A DNA stretch of 44,010 bases, counting the filler, from Okamejei kenojei (lineage: Eukaryota), in the NCBI GenBank assembly GCA_035221665.1. It is 2 parts of 2 records of this genome, joined end to end, with 100 filler letters (N's around TTAATTAATTAA, not from the genome) between each part and the next. Parts side by side here need not be neighbours in the genome. Positions count along the whole stretch, not along the records: positions 20,159 to 44,010 come from JAVHYY010000050.1; 1 more part is not named here. One strand, 5' to 3'. The notes beneath the pieces are model-generated. The model searched no databases and was not told the origin of the DNA. It saw only the letters and a list, made by a program, of their open reading frames with translations. Both the position numbers and the translations under genes were made by a program. Of the stretch, positions 35,104 to 44,010 are shown one piece after another. Numbering within the stretch: position 1 is the first letter of the stretch; every line of letters starts with the position of its first letter.

Positions 35104-37525
35104 GCTTATTCATTCGTAATATGCCTTACTGTTTTTGCTACCAAAGTGGATAACCTCACATTTATCCGCATTAATCTTCATCTGCCATGCATCTGCCCAC
35201 TCCTCCAACCTGTCAAGTCACCCTGCATTCTCATAGCATCCTCCTCACAGTTCACACTGCCACCCAGCTTTGTGTCATATGCAAATTTGCTAATGTTACT
35301 TTGAATCCCTTCATCCAAATCATTGATGTACATTGTAAATAACTGCGGTCGCAGCACCGAGCCTTGCGGTACCTCACTAGTCACTGCCTGCCATTCTGAA
35401 AGGGACCCGGTAATCCCCACTTTTTGTTTCCTGTCTGCCAACCATTTCTTGATCCATGTCAGCACTCTAGCCTCAATACCATGCGACCTAATTTTGCCCA
35501 CTAATCTCCTATGTAGGATCTTATCAAATGTTTTCTGAAAGTCCAGGTACACTACATCCACTGGCTCTCCCTTGTCCATTTTCCTAGTTACATCTTCAAA
35601 AAATCTCAGAAGATTAGTCAAGCATGATTTCCCCTTCCTAAATCAATGCTGACTTGGAACGATCCTGTTACAACTATCCAAATGTTTGGCAAATTCATAT
35701 TTTACAATTGACTCAAGCATCCTCACCACCACCGATGTCAGGCTAACTGGGCTGTAATTACCTGTTTTCCCTCTCCCGCCTTTCTTAAAACGTAGGATAA
35801 CATTAGCTACCCTCCAATCCACATGAACTGATCCTGAGTCTATGGAAAATTGGAACATTATCACCAATGCATCCACAATTTCTGGAGCCACTTCCTTAAG
35901 TACCCTGGGATGCAGACCATCAGGCTTGGGGATTTATCAGCCTTCAGTCCCATCGGTCTATCCAACACTATTTCCTGCCTAATGTGGATTTCCTTCAGTT
36001 CCTCCGTCACCCCAGATCCTCTGGCCGCTAATATATCAGGAAGATTGTTTGTGTCCTCGTTAGTGAAGACAGATCCAAAGTACCTGTTCAACTCATCTGC
36101 CATTTCCTTGTTCCACATAATAAATTCATCTTTATCGGTCTTCAAGCGTCCAACTTCGGCCTTAACTATTGTTTTCCTCTTTACATACTTAAAGAAGCTT
36201 TTAATATCCTGCTTTATATTCTTGGCTAGCTTACCTTCGTACCTCGATTCTCCAGCATCTACAGTTGCTTCGTTAACACTTTGTCTACTCCACTGCGACA
36301 TCTCCTCAAGGTATGCCTACTTTGAAGAAGTTCTCCTCCTCCCTACGGAGACAGTTTCACAACCTCCTCTGTAACTGCTCCCCCTCTGTGATACCCCCTT
36401 CCCTCCAACTCTCCCTTTATCATCGATACTTTTTTGCATATCTTTCATTCATTGTTCTTTATCTCTCACATCACCGTCTATATATCTCGTTTCCCTGATC
36501 CCTGACCAGTCTGAAGAAGGGTCTCGACCCGAAACGTCGCCTATCTCCTTCGTTCCTTAGATGCTGCTGCACCGCTGAGTTTCTCCAGCATTTTGTGTAA
36601 CCCTTACCTTCGTACCTCATCGTTTCTCCCGTTATTGTCGTTCTAGTTATCTTCTATTGTTCCTTAAACGTTACCCAATCCTCTTGCTTCCCGCTCATCT
36701 TTGCTACGATGTACGCCTTCGCTTTAATTTTTATACTCTCACTGACTTCCCTGGTCAGCCATGGTCGTCCTTTTCTCCCCTTGGAATCTTTCTTCCTCCT
36801 AGGAATGAACTGAGCCTGCACCTTCTGTATTATTCCTGGAAACACCTGCCATTTATGTTCCACTGTCATCCCTGCTAGTGTATCTTTCCAATCAACTTTG
36901 GCCAGCTCCTCCCTCATGGCCCCATAGTCCCCCTTATTCAACTGCAACACTGGCACCTCCGAGCTACACTTCTCCCTCTCCAATTGTAGATTAAACCTGA
37001 CCATGTTATGGCCACTGCATCCTAATGGATCATTAACTTCGAGGTCCTTTATCAAATCCGGTTCATTACATAACACGAAATCCAGAATTGCCTTCTCCCT
37101 GTTAGGCCCCAATACAAGCTGTTCAAATAATGCATCACTAAGGCACTCTACAAATTCCGTTTCTTGGGGTCCAGAACCAACCTGATTTTTCCAGTCTAGC
37201 TGCATGTTGTAATCTCCCATAACGACCACAGAATTACTTTTACTTCTTGCCAATTTTAACTCCTGATTCAACTTGCGCCCTATGTCCAGGCTACTGTTTG
37301 GGGGCCTGTAGATTAGTCCCATTAGGGTATTTTTACCCTTACAATTCCTTGGTTCTATCCATACAGACTCTACATCTCCTGTTTGAATGTCACCCCTTGT
37401 AAGGGTCTGAATTTCATTCCTCACCAACAGGGCAACCCCACCCCCTTCAGTCTTTTCGATAGGATGTATACCCTTGAATATTCAGTTCCCAACCTTGGCC
37501 CTCTTACAGCCATGTCTCAGTAACT
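35104..37525 (-). mobile_element. CR1 LINE internal fragment (endonuclease to RT), interrupted at 36246-36602
   Basis: IYRPPNS, MGDYN, AILDFVL, LDFQKTFDKI, VPQGSVL, KFAYDTK. Confidence 0.93.
36246..36602 (+). mobile_element. 357-bp Penelope-derived/SINE-like insertion with a 16-bp TSD
   Basis: CTTACCTTCGTACCTC at 36230-36245 and 36603-36618; the insert contains ctgaagaagggtctcgacccgaaacgtc. Confidence 0.85.
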
Positions 37526-38519
37526 GAGTTCGATGATCAGCCATGATCATATTGACTGGCGGTGCAGGCGCGAAGGGCCGAATGGCCGACTCCTGCACTT
37601 ATTTTCTATGTTTCAATGTTTCTAACAATGGGCAATTATGGGCTAATTTATTTATTTGTTGCCTTCCCTGCCTTGTTCTGGCCTACTCTTGCTTCCAGAG
37701 GCCTCGCCCTACTTTCGACTGAAGAATGACCCTGACCAGACACGTTATCTATCCTTTTCCTCCAGAGATACTGCCTGCTGTGCATTTGCTGTTAAGCGAC
37801 AGTAAGCCGCATAATGTTTCCCTGATACCACAAAATTGGGGCTGGTGGAAGGTTAACTTTGTACCTACCCATTTCTCCCCTTCTCTCGCAATCTGCGAAG
37901 AAAAGAAAATAATCTGTCAATCATGAATATCTTGATGATATCTTGTTCTAAAAATAATCATCGCTCGTGCATTTTTATTAACAAACCACTTGTTAATTAA
38001 TCAAGTGATAATACACTCCTCCAGCTGTCCATATGTCAACTCTGCCAACATTATCATGCAGCATCCCCTCACCGGGACATGTTGTCGCGGATTCCGTGAA
38101 ATGTAAATCTGAGCGGAATTATTCTGTGTGATGGGAAAAATTGTGAACCATATTTCTCGCCATTTAGTTGGCACAATCGCAACGAACTGTCCCTTGTACG
38201 ACTAGTGTGTTTATTTGAATGCAACAGCCTCCATAGTGCAAATGGCTTGAATTCAGTAGGTAAAGTTTTACCTTCTCCGCTGTTGTCCCCATTGAAAGTA
38301 TATTGCATGTCCCATCAATATATTGCTGATTGTCGCGATCAACTCTACAAAGCCTTACTATGTAGGATTTTAAAAACTTGCTGATCTCTCGTGAAACGAA
38401 TTTAGAAGTTTCTTTCCAGCTAAATAAAGGTGAAAATTGGTTGTCTGGTGTGAGTGGACTTTATACTAGCGCGCACACCAGCTGGGTCAGCGTTATGGCA
38501 CCTTAATAACCAGCTGCTG

Positions 38520-39150
38520 GAGGATAGCCGATTCCAAGAGATATTCTGTCGGTTATGGGTGAAGTGACGAGAGAGGCGGAGGGGTATCCCTTCCCCTAGG
38601 CAGTGGTGGGGTGTGGGAAAGACTTACATCATTTGGTCAGGAGTTCACGTCGGGTTCGACCAGAAGGCGGGTCGCAGAGAATTAGTCAACACAGAGTCTT
38701 GCTTGGGTCGGATAGGTGAGCACTCCCGTGAGTGGGAAGAATATTATGAGAGAAAGGAGGCACGGAGGGTCCTGCAGCTTCAGCGGTCCCGAGATGGTTA
38801 CGTGAGGTCGCGGGTCCAGATGCTGCACGATCTAGAGCGTGCATCACCTTTATTTTTCTCTCTGGAGAAATGGCTCCTCGCGGATGACGGCTCCTTTGTT
38901 AAAGATCCAGAGAAGATCAGTGCTTTAGTTCGGTCATTTTTTGGGTCTCTGTTCTCCTCAGATGGATTCAGCGGGAAGACAAGCTGGTCCAGTGGGAGGG
39001 TCTACTGACTGCAGATAGAGAGTTGTTTGAACTCCTTGATGACCACTTTTCATTGGAGGAGTTGCCTACATTGGAGGAGTGGCAAATCCCCAGCCGGTTT
39101 GGCTGACGGTAGAGTTTTCTGGGATGTCCTGGGGGTGACCACATGAAGGT
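38520..39150 (+). mobile_element. Tx1-like LINE ORF2 fragment
   Basis: YVRSRVQMLHDLERASPLFFSLEK..VRSFFGSLFS, followed by a KSP..GLTVEF-like remnant. Confidence 0.7.
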
Positions 39151-39189
39151 CTTGGGGTGTGGGGGGTGGGGGGGGGATTGGAGCCTGGC

Positions 39190-39440
39190 GACCGGTGATC
39201 AATGGGGAGAAGGAATAGGTGACGTTTCGGGTCGAGGCCCTTCTGCAGACTGATGTGGGGGTGGGGGCGGGATGAAAAATGGGAGAGGCGGAGACAGTGG
39301 GCTATGGGAGAGCTGGGAAGGGGAGGTGATGTAAGGAGAAAGCAAGGACTACCTGAAATTGGATAAGTCAATGTTCATACCGCAGGGGTGTAAACTACCC
39401 AAGCGAAATATGAGGTGCCAATTTGCGGTGGGCCTCACTG
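39190..39440 (-). repeat. Penelope-derived 3' fragment
   Basis: Reverse complement of the ...agaagggcctcgacccgaaacgtcacc motif, plus a CLGSLHPCGMNIDLSNF-like GIY-YIG C-terminal remnant. Confidence 0.65.
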
Positions 39441-39890
39441 TGTTCTGGGCCTCCTCCATGGCCAGAATGAGTTATGTAGGTTAAGGCAGTTTCCATCATG
39501 GTCCAGTGGTCCGGATTCGATTTTCGTTCAGCGAAGGGGGAGATTTTATTTTCTCCAGTGCGGAACTGAGCAGCTGCCAACTTCTGCACATTGTGCACCC
39601 CCACCAGCACATAAATAGTGGGCAGTCCATCAGTCTTTGTACTAGTACGTCTGCTGCTGCTTCGTAAAGTATACTGACACAAATTGGCAACAGTACATGA
39701 ATGAGATTTTAAAACAGTTTTAGTCTGTGCTTGTTTGTGTTGCGCTCGTGTGTATGAAAAATTGTGAGAATAATAATCGGCGGCTGATGTTTACCTGGCC
39801 ACTGACGTCTACTCAGATATTTAAAGCCAGGGCCGATTTTTCATTTCAGCTTCATTTCCGCCTATTATCCCCAGATATATATCGGTTAAA

Positions 39891-40040
39891 NNNNNNNNNN
39901 NNNNNNNNNNNNNNNNNNNNNNNNNNNNNNNNNNNNNNNNNNNNNNNNNNNNNNNNNNNNNNNNNNNNNNNNNNNNNNNNNNNNNNNNNNNNNNNNNNNN
40001 NNNNNNNNNNNNNNNNNNNNNNNNNNNNNNNNNNNNNNNN
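39891..40040. other. Assembly gap (N run)
   Basis: 150 Ns. Confidence 1.
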
Positions 40041-40204
40041 CTCTCTGTCTTCTCAGAATAATTTTGCTTCTGTAATTTATCTTTGTAATCTTTCTATTTT
40101 TTTTCCTTCCCACGCAACGTGTAATCAATCCACACTAGACTGGGGTTCTCGGATTGCGCCGCAGATGTTTTGCTGTGCTGTGTGTCTGTATTCCGCCACG
40201 CTGA

Positions 40205-40243
40205 GGTTTTGGTACAGCTATCTCACTGCGCGGTGTCACTGTG
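40205..40243 (-). promoter_or_regulatory. 23-RSS (CACAGTG-23-ACCAAAACC)
   Basis: Consensus heptamer 40243-40237, spacer 40236-40214 (23 nt), nonamer 40213-40205 with one mismatch. Confidence 0.95.
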
Positions 40244-40549
40244 CGATGCGCGGACTCATCCCACAGTAATACACAGCCTGGTCGCTCGGCAGTACTTCAG
40301 ATAGCGTTAACCGACTGATTTTCTGGCCAGGATCGAGAGAACCAGTAATACGACCTTCGGCAGCCTCTTCCTTATCTGGCTTTCCTGAAGTGTGTCTTTG
40401 GAGCAGGAATTCCAGAGATTGCCCTGGGAACTGTCGGTACCAGTGTATTGTGTACGAGCAAATTCCGGAATATACGCAGTTAAGAGTGACAGTGTCACCA
40501 GAAAGAGAGGTTTGTTGAGGCGGACTCTGGGATCCCGCGGAAATGGAAT
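40244..40549 (-). CDS. TCR delta V exon, open frame; probable NAR-TCR supporting V-delta
   Basis: Acceptor ttttctgcag (AG at 40551-40550), phase 1. Sequence (D)SISAGSQSPPQQTSLSGDTVTLNCVYSGICSYTIHWYRQFPGQ..RITGS..LTLSEVLPSDQAVYYCGMSPRI. Extra Cys in CDR1 and no leader exon found upstream. The V identity is secure; the subtype is less so. Confidence 0.88.
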
Positions 40550-40719
40550 CTGCAGAAAATAGTAGAATTGTTATTGTTTTAACATTGACTGTTGGAGACT
40601 GTGACATGCGCAGAAAGGGGTTACCGTCTCCAGTAGTTCATCACATTTTTGAAAAATGTATGGAAACATTATTTATGAATCTTGTTATTGTTCCTACCAC
40701 GAGTTGAGTTTAAATTTCG

Positions 40720-41080
40720 TTTAGGTTAGTTTACTTTAGTTCCATTTAGCTTACTTTAGTTCAGTTTAGTTTAGTTTAATTTAGGGACACAGCGCGGAAA
40801 CGGGCCCTTCGGCCCACCTTCCGCACCGCCCTGCAATCCCAGCACATTAACACTACCCCACACACACGATGGATAATTAACATTTATGGAAAGCCAATTA
40901 CCCTTTTAAACTATCCGTATTTGGAGTGTGGGAAGAAACCCTAGATCTCAGAGAAAACCCACGCAGATTATGAGCAGAACACACAAACTCCGTAGAGACA
41001 TCACCCGGAGTCGGGATCGAACTCGGGTCTCAGGTGCTAACAGCGCTGTCGGGCAGCAGGTCTACCGTTGCGCCACCGTG
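40720..41080 (-). mobile_element. HE1/V-SINE-like tRNA-derived SINE with an (AAACT)n-like tail
   Basis: Minus-strand head cacggtggcgcaacggtaga (A box) and gagttcgatcc (B box), core ggtttcttcccacactccaaa, CR1-like 3' gtgggccgaagggcc, and a (TTTAG)n array on +. Confidence 0.85.
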
Positions 41081-42105
41081 GTGAAATTCACTGACGAATA
41101 TTCGCGAGGTCAAACTCTGATCATGAAAGGGACATTGGAAATATCCCACGCTGTGTGAACAGTCAAAGCGAGCACGGAATAATACTGGAGCTGATTCAGA
41201 GAGTAGGGATCCGGTGAACGAACCAAATTACCTTACCCGATTCTCTAACATGTTTTAATTGCTTCTTCGCGTTAAAACAATAGAACTAGTCATTTTCCTC
41301 AGAGCTTGACTGAAATGTATCGCTTCCTAGGTATGGTTAAGGATCAACAGTGATGTATTGGCATTTAAGGCATAAGGTAATACGGCCATGTGATAGGAGT
41401 ATAATTAGGCCATTCGACCCATTAAGCCTACTCCGCTATTCAATGATGGCTGAACTATCTCACCTTGCGAACCCAATTCTCCTGCTTTCTCCACAATAAC
41501 AATAACGTCTGACGCCTCGATTAATCAAAAATCTATCTATCGCTGCCTAATTTCCCCCCTGACTTGGCCTGCACAGCCTTCTGTGCTTAACAAATTGAAG
41601 GTCATCTTTTGAGTGCAATTTGCTCAACCCGAGATAAATGCTTTGCGCTCTATGTATTAAGAGTTGTTTTTTCTTCACTGGGCCTCGCCCTTCTACGTTT
41701 TACTTTCATTTAATTCAAGAACAGTTTTAGTTTTCAATTTTGGTCGCCCGCTTTTTGCTGCTTGCGGTTCATATTTTCCCCTGTCGAGATCAGTTTCAAG
41801 CGTTCTGGCAGCTGTCGTTTAATTTCAGTTTGTGAAATTTTTACAGTGGGTCCAGCTTCACTCACAGGCCATCTACTCTCCTGCCGACCTCCCTCTGTTT
41901 CCTGGAAATAAGAAATATATTGTTTCCCTGGCTTTCACATGCAGGGGGCGTGGATCAATTCCATGATTGTATGGGAAAGTTTATAAGCCCGTTGTAATGA
42001 TAAGGTGGTTAGCAAGAATTCAATAGTTGGTAAGATTTTAGAGACCATTAGCAAAATGAGGTTCCAGTTACATTGAAGCACATAATAAAATCGGCGAAGT
42101 CAGCA

Positions 42106-42154
<49 letters not shown>

Positions 42155-42432
42155 GGGGGGGGGGGGGGTGGGGGGGGGGTGGGTGTGGGGGGGGGGGGTG
42201 GGTGCTTCTTGCCTGAACCTTCTGTTTTGATATTCTTTGGAACGTAGCAAGCAGATTGTGAAAGGAACGTCAGAATACTGCTTCCTCCTTCAAATTTTGG
42301 GTTTGGGTTGGGGGGGTTGGGGTTGGGTGGTTGGTGTGGGGGGTGTTGGGGGTTTGTGGGGGTGGGGGGGGGTGGGGGGTGGGGGTCGGGGGGCGGGGGT
42401 GGTTCGCGGGGGAGTGGCGGGAGGGGGGGGGG
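42106..42432. repeat. Two G-rich low-complexity tracts (42106-42203, 42298-42432)
   Basis: Long poly-G and GGGT-type runs. Confidence 0.9.
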
Positions 42433-44010
42433 ATTAAACGTGTATGACGCGAAGCGGTAATAAGAATGGAGTATTGGTTATAGTTAAAGGCATACATGGG
42501 ATAGAGGATAGGCTGTCCGTATCCGTCAATATTATGGAATAACGTGATCGTTCTTCTGCATGCTGCCTTGACTATGGTCAATGTTGGTCCACTACTTTTC
42601 CCGAGTTGTATTTTTACGATCTGGATGCTGGAATTGATGGCAGATTGGAATACTACACAGCACACTCTAACGGCATGCACTTTGGCGATGGATACGATGT
42701 CGACTATTCAAATCAGGAGAGGATCCAGAAATAGAGGTGCTAAATATTTGGAATGTTTGGTTGCGGGAATTCCAAAATGTGAATTTTTGCAGAGTGAATC
42801 GTCTTTGAGGTGATAACGAGTTAAATTTAAGCATTCATTTCGAGATGACTAGAATATGAAAACAGGATCTAAGTAAATAGTAGATTTTTATTAGAGGCAC
42901 TACTGATTTTCATTCACATTTGGAATATCGCGAGCAGTTATGTGTCCCGTATCTGAAGAAGGATATTGGTGGCTTTGGATAATGCCAAACTGAGGTTTTC
43001 GCGAATTATTTGGGGGATCATTCGTTCGCGCTTAATATGTGTTTGCTATCTCCACGCCTACACAACGCTGGACGAGAAGGTAAGTTCTGATTAATCTGAT
43101 CACACTGTTTGACAATTTTGCGCAGCATTGTCATACGCCTTTTCGTCCTCACGCCTCCAAACACGATACTTCCCAATTTTCTCTGAATTTGACCCTTGCT
43201 ACATATCCAGTCTTCACCCAAGCTCTTTTCGTTATTTCTGTACAACCCACTAACACTCCGTGAAAAACGTACCCTCACATCCTATTAAATCTTCCCCTTA
43301 AGCTTAAACCTGGTTCCCGTCCTCGACTCACCTACTCTGCTCAGAGATTCGCGTGTCTACCCTATCTATTAATTACCTGATTTTATACACATTCCACACT
43401 TCCACCACATTCCTCCATAACATAAGATACCAAAAACTAACTCAGCTTAATTTAATGGCCACAAACCAAGAGCCACAATACAAACAAATCCTTTGTATAA
43501 CCCCCGCCATAGACAATTATGTAACGTTTATGACACAAAGTGCTGGCAGTACTTGCCGACCAAGAGGGTGAAATCCCATAGCGTTTGGAGCAAGCCGGGC
43601 GGTTGGGTGGTAACATTAAACTGCGCGGGCAGCTGCATTTTCAGAGAACATTGTAGCTGACAGTGGTATCACGACTTCAGATTCCGATTTCAGCGTCCGA
43701 ATTACGTTGTGTCTTGGCATATAAATTCATAACTGTGGTTAGCCACTCTGTGGTGTTTCCCGAGCCTGATGGTTTTGGTAGTAGCTATTCTTGAACCTGA
43801 TTTAACGATTGTGCTCCCGGGGAGCCTCACATATCATCTCCTTTGACTCGCCACGTAACCGTAACATCTGGACCAAGTTGGCTGAACCCTTATGAATAGA
43901 ACTGTTTCCAATTGGAAAGCAATTTAAAGCCTCAGATCTAATATTACCATGGAACCTGAATATTTCTCTAAGAACAGCCGTGGATAAGAGAGGTTTTGGG
44001 TACTCTTGCA

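Noticed and set aside
40620-40670. Possible leader exon (MFPYIFQKCDELLET|GTAAC) for the V at 40549
   Set aside because: Wrong phase (0) and not hydrophobic. The GTAAGG donor near 41236 also lacks an in-phase ATG leader.
42068-42680. Pro- and Gly-rich ORFs
   Set aside because: Translations of low-complexity G tracts.
43470-43520. Minus-strand VYGGG, resembling a NAR J (YGGGT)
   Set aside because: It is followed by YTKDLF rather than TxLTV, with no correctly spaced RSS and no splice donor at the expected place.
43771-43813. GGTTTTGGT...GATTGTG RSS-like motif
   Set aside because: The spacer is 27 nt and there is no adjacent V, D or J coding features.
1-44010. CRISPR arrays, rRNA, true tRNA genes, prokaryotic operons, TCR constant exons
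   Set aside because: None seen. The tRNA-like A/B boxes near 41000-41080 belong to a SINE head.

Overview
This is eukaryotic DNA from a cartilaginous fish, probably a skate or ray. That assignment is inferred from the CR1/HER1-type LINEs with (TTCTATGT)n tails, HE1-like SINEs and an elasmobranch-type GPR139-like receptor. The window is about 75-80% repeat-derived and looks like part of a T-cell receptor alpha/delta V region. It holds three V segments, each with a 23-bp-spacer RSS: a + strand pseudo-V (4675-5191), an open - strand V (7400-7883) and a - strand V (40205-40549). The third has no recognisable leader exon and an extra Cys in CDR1, the signature of a NAR-TCR 'supporting' V-delta. 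An orphan 12-bp-spacer RSS with a J-like flank (2741-2768) faces the - strand V segments in deletional orientation. An intact two-exon GPR139-like GPCR (21282-23943) lies between the V segments, though assembly gaps separate them. The rest is CR1, L1, Tx1 and RTE-X-like LINE fragments, a Penelope-like element ending in telomere-like repeats, a full-length Tc1 (DD34E), a Gypsy-like LTR with PPT and PBS, hammerhead-like short repeats, a 1.25-kb tandem duplication and three assembly gaps, one with an artificial linker. TE boundaries are approximate unless a TSD or TIR is given.
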